From Anthoceros angustus (Eukaryota; Plantae; Anthocerotophyta), in assembly GCA_010909165.1 (NCBI GenBank), contig VJWM01000025.1:2480001-2544000 (forward strand): a stretch of 64,000 nucleotides of DNA, read 5' to 3'. Both the position numbers and the translations under genes were made by a program. The notes under the pieces were generated by a model that was not told where the DNA came from, did no database searches, and was given only the letters and a program-made list of their open reading frames with translations. Below, piece by piece: positions 12,432 to 23,883 of this stretch (within the stretch, counting starts at the first letter, position 1; each line of letters opens with the position of its first letter).

Positions 12432-14111
12432 ATGCCGAGATCAGTAGGATTAGGAGGACAGGAAGGTAGGGGAGGGAAGGTGGGAGATGTGCTACATTCA
12501 TGGCCCCAAGCCAAGGTGGTGAAGTTTCTCTTGCTCCTGCTCGTGCCTTTGTTCATTCTGCTGCCCATGGTGACATTCCAGAGCAGGTTTCTGGAGAGCG
12601 CGCACGGATGGATGTTTCTGGCCTTTGCCGGGTCTGATGGCAGGGAATTAGGGCCGGGGCGGGGGCATGGCTCGGAGAGGTTGCTCGATCTTGGGCCGCA
12701 GGACAAGAGGTGTTCCAGCAGGACGCAGCATTTGCTGTACAGAAGAGCGTCCAGGCAGTTTGCTCCGGGGAGGGAGTTTGTGCGGGCGTGGGAGAAGTAT
12801 GAGGTGCTGCACCGGAGGTGTAGCCATGGTAGGAGCTGGCAGGACACGTTCAGGAATTTGTCTTCGGAGGATTCTTGCAAGTTTTTGTACTACGAGGAAG
12901 GATTTGGGGGGTTAGGGAACCGGTTGCTTTCTCTGGTTTCTGCCTTCACTTATGCGTTGCTGACAGACAGGGTGCTGGTAATGGATGCTCACAGTAATCT
13001 TGCGAAGCTGCTGTGTGAGCCCTTCAAGGGGTCGTCATGGCTGCTGCCTGAGGACTTCCCGTACTGGGAGATGCTTCCCATGCCGCACCTGGGAGATGCG
13101 GTGCAGCAGGATTTCAAGAACATCAGCCGGCTCTACGTGGAACTCCTGCACGAGCAGTCCTGGGGTGATCAGCAGTTTTTCTGCCAGAAGACACAGGAGG
13201 AGTTGCAGAAGGTGGCATGGATCTCGTGGAGGAGTAACCAGTACTACGTCCCTCGGCTCTTTACCATGGCGGGGTACTGGGAAGCCTTGACTCCACTCTT
13301 TCCTAATGCGTCTCTGGCTTTCACCCACATCAGCCGGCACATCATGCTGCCTCAGAACCCGATCTGGGACAGGATTCTGAGAGTGTACTGGTCATACCTG
13401 GCGTTTGCAAGCCAGCAAGTAGGAGTCCAGGTGAGAAGGCATTCGGCTCCTCCAGACTTCGACCCCGCAGCTCATGCCAGGGTTGTGGAATGCCTTACAG
13501 GACATGGCATTCTCCCCAATGTGACATCCTTCCGGGAAGGTGAGACCAACCTGCAGGGACTATCCCTCTTACATTCAGCAAGAGCCATCCCCCAGCCCGA
13601 CCAGAGCGCCATAGCCAAGAGCTTGGGCGAGGAGGTCACCAGCCTAGGCCCCACCGTCGTGCTTGTAGCATCTCTGCAGATCGGGTACTCGCAGGAGCTG
13701 AAGAAGGCGTACACCAACACAAGAACAGCCGACGGCAGCCTGGTGCGGGTGCATCAGGTCACACAGGATGGCACGGAATGGGCATCCTACGAGCAAGCCG
13801 TGGATGCCTTCACCGAGATGTGGCTGCTAAGCTTCAGCGACCGCCTTGCCACCAGCAGCTGGTCCACCTTCGGCTACATAGCCCAAGGTCTGGGCGGCCT
13901 GCATCCCAGCATCATGAACATCAAAGGCGATTTCCAGCAGGATGGGCTTCCTGCCTGTGTCACTGGCCAGTCTGTGGAGCCTTGCAACCACTTCCCCTTC
14001 TACGATGTTGAATGCGGCTCTGACAGCCGCAGTTTAGAGCATCTGGCGTGGATCAAGAGGCATGTCAGACACTGTCAAGATGAAATTCGAGGCATTCAGC
14101 TAGTCCAGTGA
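12432..14111 (+). CDS. GT37 alpha-1,2-fucosyltransferase (xyloglucan/AGP FUT family), intronless
   Basis: N-terminal TM anchor; motifs GLGNRLLSLVSAFTYALLTDRVL, LCEPFKGSSWLLPEDFP, VGVQVR, EMWLLSFSDRLATSSWSTFGYIAQGLGGL and SVEPCNHFP. Confidence 0.93.
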   Translation: MPRSVGLGGQEGRGGKVGDVLHSWPQAKVVKFLLLLLVPLFILLPMVTFQSRFLESAHGWMFLAFAGSDGRELGPGRGHGSERLLDLGPQDKRCSSRTQHLLYRRASRQFAPGREFVRAWEKYEVLHRRCSHGRSWQDTFRNLSSEDSCKFLYYEEGFGGLGNRLLSLVSAFTYALLTDRVLVMDAHSNLAKLLCEPFKGSSWLLPEDFPYWEMLPMPHLGDAVQQDFKNISRLYVELLHEQSWGDQQFFCQKTQEELQKVAWISWRSNQYYVPRLFTMAGYWEALTPLFPNASLAFTHISRHIMLPQNPIWDRILRVYWSYLAFASQQVGVQVRRHSAPPDFDPAAHARVVECLTGHGILPNVTSFREGETNLQGLSLLHSARAIPQPDQSAIAKSLGEEVTSLGPTVVLVASLQIGYSQELKKAYTNTRTADGSLVRVHQVTQDGTEWASYEQAVDAFTEMWLLSFSDRLATSSWSTFGYIAQGLGGLHPSIMNIKGDFQQDGLPACVTGQSVEPCNHFPFYDVECGSDSRSLEHLAWIKRHVRHCQDEIRGIQLVQ

Positions 14112-14592
14112 GGCATTGGGCAGCGCGCGAGTGAGTGTATGTACTATAAGAACAGCTGTTTGCTTTAATCTATGGGTAGCAGAGATGCAAGTCCCAGGCA
14201 TCTCATCACACAGTAGGTTGTCCCGTCTGTTGGTTGCTCGATTCGAGAAAAGGAGACGCGTTTTATCCCATCCGAGTTAGTTACCTCGTCTCTCTGGAGT
14301 CTGTAATGCAAGCCCATTTCAAACTTGGCGCCAGAATTTCTGGATCCAGCAGGCTTTGCTTCCACCAGGCTGCTGCTTGGCCTCATTCGGAATTCGTTTG
14401 GACGTCTCGAGAGACGAATTCGTGCGTAGCGAGGACAAGACTTGTGCTTAAAGATGGCGTGTGGAAGGGAGAAGTGCATCGTGTTGGGTTGGGTCGATGG
14501 AGCAGCTGGGTTTTCGCGTTGGGTATTGGCGGGGAGGGCTTCGATGGGGAGCGGCAATAGAGGGCTGTAGATTGCTGTGAGGGAGGGGGAGG

Positions 14593-17255
14593 ATGGGGTT
14601 GGAGCAGGTCCGGATGCACAAAGTGCAACAGAAGTTCAAGCTCAGGGGGCTGACGCTGACTGTGGATGCAGCCAAGGCGTTTTTCGCGTTTGTGAACGAG
14701 TCTGGCTTGCCGTGGCAAGATGCGCTGGACCAGATTATCTCCCACATCGATCGAATCTCATGTAAGTGGTGCTGCTTTTGCGTCAGGGGAGGTGGGGGAA
14801 TGGGGGGTTGTGAGAAGGTTATTCTGGGTTGAGGTGTGTGAGCCTGTGTGAATCTGTTTGTGGTGGTGCAGTGAAGAGCAATGTGGTAGCGAAGGAAGCA
14901 CTTGAGGAGCTGGTGCAATGCATCACCGGTGTGAGTGGGAACGATGACACGGTGTTGCAAGTCATTGACGCGTTCGAGATTCCCAAGTTCTACTATGACC
15001 CTGTCCGCAAAGTCTTTTTCCCGTAAGAGGGTGATGGGCTCGTTGAAGCTGACGATTTTGCTTCTGGGTTGCCATCGTAGTGGTGGGACTTACGAGCTTG
15101 TTGTATTGGGATGCTTGAGGCAGGTTCAAGGGGAAGTTGTCCATTCACGGCGAGGCGGGCTCCAAAGCAGAGCTGTACAGAGACAGACTGCAGCTTCTGT
15201 ACCAGCGTCTTGCGAGGGACAAGCTCTTCTCCAAACCTGCCTTTGGATTGTCGGGGTCAGAGGCTGGTAGTTGCCAGGTGAGTCCCTAAGTCTTCTTCAC
15301 TAGACTGAGATGCTCGCATTCTGTGGTGCACTTCGCTTCTCACCTCCTTGAGCCCTTTTTACAGATGACTCCTCTGCAGTCGTTGGTGGGGTCTGCTGGA
15401 ATCAGATGGGTGATGGGTGTCATGTCGCAGCTAGAAGATGGAAGGTTCTTCCTTGAGGATTTAACAGCAGCCATACCGATCGACGTGTCCCAAGCAATAT
15501 CCTACCATCTTGACTTTGATGTTGCTGCGAGCTCGATGTGTTTTTCAAGTCCATTCTGGAGGTTTCTTCTTGACTTCCCATTTGGCACAAGATTACAGCA
15601 GGCTTCTTCACCGAAAACTGCATTGTGGTCGCGGAGGGGGAGCTTCAGCCGTCTGGCACTTTTGTGGTAACGCATTCGGAGCAATGTGCTGGGGCTTTGT
15701 TTCTGCTCATCGATTGCCCGTGGTTACATTGCCTTGAAAGCTTTGCCATTGTAATATACAGATCTACTCACTGGGATTTCCGCCCTTAGAAAATCGGAAT
15801 GTGTCCCTCACAGTGACTGCTGGCCTGGACTTTTTTGGAGGAGGTGTTTTGAGTTCTGACGAGACAGTATCCTTTAACCCACAAGAACAACTTGCTCGGA
15901 CCCCATTGATGTCAGACTCCGTACACGAAGCTATGCAAGACACACCTTAACAGTCCTTAGCTGCGGCTCACCAAGAGGGAGGAGCTGGCCGGAAACGACA
16001 TGTTTGTTGTCATATCAGACATCTGGCTAGACAGTGAGGAGGTATGTAACGGGTACGCAGACTGCTCTGGCAAATTACTTCCTTCTGAGTTGTCCCAACA
16101 TCATGCATCTGTCTGACGCAGACAATGCAAAAGCTTGACATGGTCTTCACTGGCTACGAGTCGGTGGAAATCGTGCCCACTTTATTCATTCTGATGGGAA
16201 ATTTCTGCTCTCAACCTTGCTGCCAGACATTCCATGCCTTTGGAGAGCTTCGGTACAGTACCCCAGAAAACCTCCTTCTCTTGAACTGCCCTTCAATGCA
16301 TGTCGCCATTTGCAGCCATCGCAAGCGCTGAAAGGACTTGTCCATGGATAGGTCACAGTTCAGGAGACTTGGGGAGTTGATAGCTGCTTGTCCGCGGATA
16401 AACGAGCAGAGTCGGTTCCTTTTCATTCCCGGCCCTGACGATCCTGGTAAGAATCACATCTCTCATGGATGTGGTTTACTTGGATTTCTCATGCACACAG
16501 CTTACCAACATCCGTGGTCTTTTTCTCTGTCTGTAAAGGGCCTGCAAAGGTGCTTCCTCGACCCCGGCTGCCGGAGTACTTCGTAGCGGACTTGGGGAAG
16601 CTCGTCCCCAATGCTGTCTTTGCCAGTAATCCTTGCAGGTCTGCCCTAATTTCCCTGCTTCAATTCCTATCGCTGCGACCTGTCAACCATAGTCCACATA
16701 TCTGTCATGCCATTGCCTGGCAGGCTCCGGTATTACGCACAGGAGATTGTTCTGTTTCGGCAAGACATGGTTCACCGCATGCGCAGATCGTGCATCATAC
16801 CACCTTCACAAGAAGAGACGAAGGACCCCTTTGAGCATGTACGTTTCTTTAACCGTTTGAAACCGTTCTTGCTCACTTTGCATGTACTGGAAAAATGCCA
16901 AGCTTCTCCGTTTCCTTTTGTGTCGCAGATGGTTGCCACAGTGACACACCAAAGCCACCTCTGCCCTTTGCCGCTTCTCAGGGTACCTATTATTTGGAAC
17001 TATGATCACTCTCTTCGATTATACCCGACGCCCCACACGGTACGATATGCTTTCACATAATCTATCCCATCGAGGGAAGGCGACACTGATATCACTTGCT
17101 TGCCACCCCTGCAGTTGATACTGGCGGATCAATCACAGCAACGAAACTTTAACTACGTGGGAGTGACAGCATTTAATCCGGGATCCTTCAATTTTGATGG
17201 AACGTTTATTGCATACAGACCTGCTAGCAGAGATGTGGAACTGTCCGCGGTGTAA
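14593..17255 (+). CDS. DPB2: DNA polymerase epsilon subunit B (DPB2/POLE2), multi-exon
   Basis: Exons encode KVQQKFKLRG, VIDAFEIPKFYYD, QLEDGRFFLEDLT, GFFTENCIV, FVVISDIWLD, FILMGNF, FIPGPDDPG, SNPCR, HQSHLCPL, DHSLRLYPTPH and FNPGSF. Stop TAA at 17253-17255. Confidence 0.93.
15497..15588 (+). other. U12-type AT-AC intron in DPB2
   Basis: CAAGCA|ATATCCTAC ... TTCTTGAC ... GCAC|AAGATTACA; splicing restores DVSQA-KITAGFFTEN. Confidence 0.85.
15867..15960 (+). other. U12-type GT-AG intron in DPB2
   Basis: 5' site GTATCCTTT; branch CCTTAAC about 10 nt before the AG; joins SDET to LRLTK in frame. Confidence 0.88.
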
Positions 17256-17590
17256 CATGCGAGATTTTGTACAGACTGATCTACCTCCTTCAGGCTAGGC
17301 AAGTCACAACCTGGAATCTGTGACATTGGAGTACATCCTCTTACCATGAACCTTGTCAGTCTCAAACTACCCCTGTCGACGCCCGGGCTCTTCACCACAT
17401 ACTGATTCCTGTACAGTGCCGGATGCGTGAAAACCACATCTCGTCGCAGAGAGTGGATGTACGGAGTCCCGGACAAGGCCCTGTGCTCCCAAGTTTACTG
17501 CAGAGCGTGAGGTGACACAGGCACATGGCCATGACCAGACTCAGCTGGAATGCACATTCTCGGAAAAAGCCGAACAAGCTGCTCCAGACA

Positions 17591-19113
17591 TCAACCCAAT
17601 CCGGGGAAATACTTGTCCCAGGGGAAGAAGTGACCCAAGCCCGGTGCCGTGATGGAGGATGAGGATGAATATACGGGCCACCAATTAAACAAGGTACCAA
17701 TAACCAGTGACTTCTGCGTAAGAGATGAAACCTTGGCTAAACAAAACAGCGCATAGTCCTCCACTTCAATGTGTTTTACAGCTCCTGGAGTCAGCTGCAA
17801 TCCATCTGAACTGGTCAGAGAAGTGCAAATTGAAAGAGGAAGTATGTCATTCAAAAGCTAAATGAGAAAACACATTGAACACGATGTCTAAAATGTTCTG
17901 CATAAGGCCTTAGTACTGTGGGAAGTTGGTGGAAAGTTGACGCCTACCTGTGATCTGATGCGATCAAACCCACTCATCTCAGTTTTTCCCTCCGTCCGCA
18001 TCTATCATACCAAGTACTTCATCAGAAACAGCAAAATTGGATCATAGTTATGTATAGGATGCTGTCCACTTGCATGACATTCGAAAACTCAAGTCCCCAG
18101 CATGTGCTACAAGGAAGCATAACCAACACACAAGCTATAAGGCCGCTCGGAGGGAAAAGGAGTGGCAAATCCAGATGCAACAGGGCAGCAAACTTCAGAT
18201 ACCTGTTCAGCCCAGACATAAATCGAATCACGTGGTGGTTTGGTCCAACACAGAAGCAAACTGATGGTCACAACCAACGAGCTCGGATAATGCCACCCCA
18301 AAAATATGGCTCCCACAAACGAAGCTGCTACAAGAACTACCTCCACCCACTCAGGCACCTCCCGTTGCTTTTCACGATTATTCGGCCCATACGGAGACCA
18401 TACGCGATGGTCCCCTTGATCTGGAAATGCCACACGAGCAGCCAATGAACGGGCAAATTAGACGCACATAAATCAAGAGGAAACTTGACACCTCCCACAT
18501 GCATCATCTTTTGATATACCTTTCTCACACAGGGCAGCATCCCGTGCCTGCACCCTGCCGTGATATCCAGCTGCTGCAGTGAAAACCAGTAACTTGGAAG
18601 TATGATATCTGCATCCTGGTACACCACAGACACGAATTATGTCAAACCTCCGTGCAGACTGCATACAATCTGCCTAATCCCCGGCGCAAGCAATCATATA
18701 CACCTTCAATTCCACCACCACACCATTTCAATTGCTTGACAAAAAACCTGGATGAATGGTCGGCCACACAGTTTGCTTCAGTGCCCTCAATTCAGCAGTA
18801 CCAGCTGAGAAATATCTGGCGGCGGAGCCAGACGAGCCAGCACACCCGAAAGGATGACACTTGCTGAGACCTGCATTAGGAAACACAATTAGAACCACTA
18901 TCCGCTACACATGCACGATTCTCACAAATGACCTAGACCTACTGGATCCATGAGCAAGAATGCACCGAGCTACAAGGATCCCAAGTCGGAACTGAGCTGA
19001 GCATTGCACCCTAAACCACCTGGCGCGCCGAAATGCGAGAGCCTGGTCGAGCAGTGGGAGAGAGAAAAGGACAGGCGCACACGAGCGGGCGCCACCAGCC
19101 TGGCGACCTGCAT
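17591..19113 (-). CDS. Uncharacterised small membrane protein with transit-peptide-like N-terminus (6-exon model)
   Basis: Phase-consistent GT-AG model: MQVARLVAPARVRLSFSLSH... / ...EWVEVVLVAASFVGAIFLGWHYPSSLVVTISLLLCWTKPPRDSIYVWAEQ / MRTEGK...RSQ / ...HIEVEDYALFCLAKV...GTLFNWW...GLG*. Confidence 0.65.
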
Positions 19114-19505
19114 GACGAGCTGGGAGCTTGGAGCTTGGACCGTGGCCGCAACAGAACAACAGTTGTGTTGGAAAACCAAGCCAAGCAGTCCCTTCACTTC
19201 CAGGCTTAAAACCAGTTCAAGAGACTTCGCCCTTCAAGAGAGAAAACCACGTAGGTAATCATCTAAAGGGGGGACATCAAAAGAGACTCATGCATAGATG
19301 ATATTCGCAAAAGAAATACGTAACTCCATGACTAATCTCCCTATCCAAAGTTATTTGATTTAGCCAATTAATCAATGCCCATAGGCTACTGCAGGGCCAT
19401 CATCACAAGGATTTGGTACAGGAGCGAGGCCGTCATTAGGATTGTTATTAGAATTAGGATATGGAGATGCGCCCCGTCAGGATCAGAAATTATATCAGCC
19501 ATATT

Positions 19506-20674
19506 TTATATAAATTTGATAATAAGATCAATCAATTCTTCAATAGTGGATAATATTGATGAATTAGGTTTTGGAGGATAAACACACTTTGACATTGCAT
19601 TTAAAACCCACTTGTTTGCATGTTGGCTTGGATGGAATGCATCAAACCAGACATAATCTCTCGTATGTTTGCAAATATTTGAAATAGCATTGCAACGATG
19701 TTCACCATTATATAATCCTGCTCCGCAACAAGCTTCATTCTTCTAAAATCCATGTTTGGTAGGATTATGAGATATATTATATGTCACATAGAACATTGGT
19801 GCAACGTGAAACTTCGACTTTGGAAATTTAGATTGAAACTGGTCAAGCTCAGTTCGGAGTTGTTCATTGAAGTTGTGTACCCACTCGTTCAAAAAATAAA
19901 CACATTCTACATTATTTTTGGGTTTGAAGTATGCCTTCATATAAGGCGTACAACCAAGTGCCGGAATGTCTATTATAGAAAAAATTCTAACGCCCAAATC
20001 GTATAGATTCCCAAGGAAGTGGGTATAATTCCTGAGAAGATTATACTTGAAATGATTGGTTAAATTATGGCCAGCCATAACATGCTCTGCTATATCATTT
20101 GTTCCCACCGATATATGAAATCAGCTGTTTTTAATATGAACAATAGCGTTCTTAGATCCAAATGATATTTTTAATGAAGTTAACATATCCTCACTGAAAT
20201 ATGAACAATAGCGTTCTTAGATCCAAATGATATTTTTAATGAAGTTAACATATCCTCACTGAAAAGCAAAAACTGTTCGGATAACAGAATCACATTGCCA
20301 TACTGTTTACCAGTATTATCCAACAGCCCAGAACTTGTTGATCCAAAATTCATTCCCGGACCTGTAAGATATGCTTTATCGCTTGCCCAAAGATAAGGAG
20401 GCGGATAATGACGGAGATTTCCTTTACGGGCCAGCATGTCGACAAGAAGTCTCCCATTGGAATGTCTTCCGATAGCTCTTTGACCAATAAAATCAATACC
20501 ATAAGGTGGGAAACTTGCCCTGGCGATATTGGTTGTTTGTCTGTAATTATTATTTCCGACATCAACCATTGAATCTCCAAATATTATCATTCTTATTGCA
20601 ATACTATCATTAATGGCAACTACAAATCCCAACATTTCCAATAATATGAATGGTATGATGATGTAGTTCATCAT
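19506..20674 (-). pseudogene. GDSL esterase/lipase pseudogene, intronless
   Basis: Signal peptide and motifs IFGDSMVDVGNNNY, FPPYGIDF, GRHSNG, GTNDI, ACCGAG and WFDAFHPS. Disrupted by a 65-bp tandem duplication (20133-20262) and in-frame stops at 20121-20123 and 19743-19745. Confidence 0.88.
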
Positions 20675-21908
20675 TCCCCCAGTCTTGATATCTAGTTCAA
20701 AAACAAAGTTCAACAAAATGTGCGAAGTACTCAATTATTAATAAAATAAGATGATTGCAACCTTCACTCCCAAATAATGATACGTGACCATCCGTGGTTA
20801 CTATCATCAAAATCGCAATTGTCAAATTTATAAAGAATAGTAACCAAAATCGTAAATGTCAAATTTATAGAGGCAGCGGAGCATCTAATATAGTATGAAG
20901 AGATGAACTATACATATATTGTACCAATTTAAATTAAATTAAATTAAATCGATACAAATAAATAAATTAAATACTCAATAAATATATAAAAATAGAAAAT
21001 TCTAATACAGAGATAGTTAACCGCGAAGAATAAGAAGCCATGCATGCAAGAAAGAAATTACTTTGGATCTAAGTTAACAAGTTGAGAGGTTAGTGGTAGT
21101 GAGGTTTTGCTTAGAGCTTAAAAACGCAGCTTAAGGTAGTCACTTATGATGAAGTAAGCCTCCCTGTATGAAACATGAGGCTAGCCCTAACAAGTTATTG
21201 CCTAGCACTTGTGCCACACTCGTGTTGGGAGAATTGAGGTGCGTAGAGGCTATGGGAGCTTGGAGTGCTTGTGTGCTTAGAGGGGAGCTTTGAAGAGGAA
21301 ATCGAAGGAAACCAGCGTGCCCTAAAAATATAAGGGTTGGCACACACAACCCGATGTAATATACGTAAGTAAAACGGCTAGAAGCTTACGGAATGAAGAG
21401 AGCTTCCCTACCGTAGGTGCGGGCTCTTGTATCCCAACCTGTCCACAAAATCTTGTTCATCACCTTGTGTTCAGACTTCACCAGACTAACTAGTTTTAAA
21501 GAACTATGGTTAGTTTAAGCTAAACTCCTAAACTCCATCTACTTCTAGCTGCAACTATTTGGATACATCCTCCTTCTTGCCTAAGCTTGCCGAATCTGTG
21601 TCAATTCCTCGATCTGTATTAGACACAAAAACTCAAAGCACAAGGAAATTTTTAAAAATTCACAAAGTCTCAAAACCCAAGGAAACTTTCACAAAATCAT
21701 TGCTATATATGTACCCTTGAGCAAGTGACTTATTACATCGTGGTAATTGCAAGCATCACCAAACGGTTGCATTTTCCAAGGAAAATTTCACAAAATCATT
21801 GCTATGTATGTAGCCCTGAGCACGTGACATATCACAACGTGGTAATTGCAAGCATCACCGAACGGTTGGATTTTTCTACATAGTTGTTTCTGAAATCAAA
21901 AGCGTGCC

Positions 21909-22518
21909 ATGGGCTCAGTGGATGACTTGTCAAAACCAGGGTTGAAGCAAGTAACCACAATTGCTATTGGGGACAAGATCATTCTAAGAGATCGTGGATG
22001 TATCGTACAAGAAATCACAAAAGGTGGAACATTCTATTTTTTGAGGGGGGAGGATATCTTCACGCAACAAGAAGTTCAAGAATATGTTCTATATTCCAAG
22101 CAATGTTACACATTTGAGGTTTTATGTACAAAGTACTCGATGATGTCAACAAGTCAAGTATATGGAGGACCAAAATGCGTCACGTTGAAACATGAACAAA
22201 ATGATAAAAGCGTAGTTCTTCACCTTCCTCGAGATGAGAAACTTGATCGGTGCTTAGAAGATGGATTACAAACGGAAAACACTTATCGATGATCGTATTG
22301 TCCATTTCAAAGGGTATTGAAAATTCCAAAGAGTTTCGTATAGAATATCTATATGACATAAATTCAATAGAACCGCTTTGGAGCGATTCACGGGACCATG
22401 TTAAATATGCATGTTGAAAATGCAATTGGTGGCCACCGGAGAATCAAAGATTAAATCAAACTCACGTGTAAATCTTTGGAAGTACTATTCCTCCATTGAT
22501 AGCGTAATGGATATTTGA
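21909..22518 (+). CDS. Divergent eIF5A-like protein, array copy 1 (open for ~120 codons; later 1-bp indels may be sequencing errors)
   Basis: IGDKIILRDRGCIVQE..GEDIFT..SKQC..EVLCTKY..LPRDEKL..GL(R)NGKHL matches the eIF5A layout. 78/120 aa are identical (manual count) to the intact paralog at 60267. Confidence 0.7.
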
Positions 22519-23424
22519 AGTTGGAGCGTGCAATGTAGTGCGCCAAAGAGTTATCTCATCTCTCAAATGATGCCTCCTCATCACCTAGGTAGGAGAGTGA
22601 GATCCGTGTTTTATGAGTGGTTTTGGTGAGCTATTAGCCTTGTGTAGTCTTATTGTATTGAAATAAAGAGACTATTCACCACAAAATATGTAAAGTTTTA
22701 TATAAATTTGCATCGTATACCTTGGAGCCATTAGGGCCGCTTTTTGAGACATTGTGTTAACACCTTGCGACGTATCGATGGTTCATGGGTCCTTAACCTA
22801 AGCATTATGTTACTCCTAACTCACGATACGATTCGCCTACCATTTGCCGTAGATTGTCGAGCCACAGCGTGGAAGTCCATTATGGTGACTCACTCGTAAG
22901 TTGCCCGCAAGGGTGTGGTTGGTTATGGAAGGAGTGGTCCGGGGTTCTGTTATGCTGGATTTTGCGTACATATGCATTCTTGAACTCTTGCTATAGCAAA
23001 GAGCAACGATGACGTCTTGTCTATGACATCATCCACAGGAGGCTAGCGGGCTATGCCACGGCACTACACCATGCGACCATGAAGGCTAATTACGCACGGG
23101 CTACTCACAATAGTCTTTATGCCCTTTTGGCACGATGGGCCATCCAATTCGACTGCCGTCTTGATTGGCCCAATCGGGCTAATGGCCCGATCAAGTGTGG
23201 AGTGCTCGACTTTCGTAGAACTAGCCAGCTAATGTGCACATTCCGGCTATAAATGTCGTTAGTATCTTATTCAATCCCTCATAGATTGTGAGCAGCAATT
23301 AAGCGTTTAAGATCTACACAAAATATAAGAAAAACCACACGAGTAGACCCGATAATTTTTATCAATAGTGATTAACATCACAAGTTATTCCAAAAATAAA
23401 GGAAGCTTCCTCCGTCTTTCTAAA

Positions 23425-23855
23425 CACCAAAACCCGAGCCCAAGGAAACTTTTACAAATTCATCAAATGTGTTTAAGATACAACAACTCAAAAGGCCAAA
23501 GAAACTTTTACAAATTCATCAAGGTGTCCAAAATTCAAACTCAAAAGCCAAGGAAACTTTTACAAATTCCTCAATAATGTGTATTAGACACGAAACTCAA
23601 AGCACCAGAAAAATTTTATAAATTCACCGATGTGTCTTACACACAAAGTCTCAAAACCCAAGGAAGCTTTCACAAAATCATTGCTATATATGTACCCTTG
23701 AGCAAGTGACTTATTACATCGTGGTAATCGCAAGCATCACTAAACGGTTGCATTTTCCAAGGAAAATTTCACAAAATCATTGCTATGTATGTAGCCGAGC
23801 ACGTGACATATTACAGTGGTAATTGCAAGCATCACCGAACGGTTGGATTTTTCTA
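23425..23855 (+). promoter_or_regulatory. Upstream sub-repeat block of each array unit (unit 2 shown): ~55-bp motif x5 plus a ~99-bp TATA-like module x2
   Basis: CAAGGAAACTTTTACAAATT-like anchors at ~23441, 23497, 23549, 23603, 23659 and 23758. CATTGCTATATATGTA and CATTGCTATGTATGTA occur in the two 99-bp modules. The regulatory role is inferred from position. Confidence 0.55.
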
Positions 23856-23883
23856 CATAGTTGTTTCAAATCAAAAGCGTGCC

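Noticed and set aside
14526-14535. E2F-like site TTGGCGGGGA upstream of DPB2
   Set aside because: Plausible for a replication gene, but it is a short imperfect match that cannot be supported from sequence alone.
21070-21602. Possible solo LTR at the left edge of the array
   Set aside because: It has a TATA-like box and ends in ...TGTCA, but I found no target-site duplication, second LTR or PBS.
22740-23250. Hypervariable segment as a programmed diversity-generating or hypermutation system
   Set aside because: Variation tracks CG contexts and homopolymers and is mostly indels, so base-calling error is the simpler explanation until accurate reads say otherwise.
23368-23577. Recurring short ORFs (KHQNPSPRKLLQ..., antisense MHFQHAYLTW...)
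   Set aside because: These are translations of the sub-repeats or the antisense of the eIF5A-like frame, mostly with non-ATG starts.
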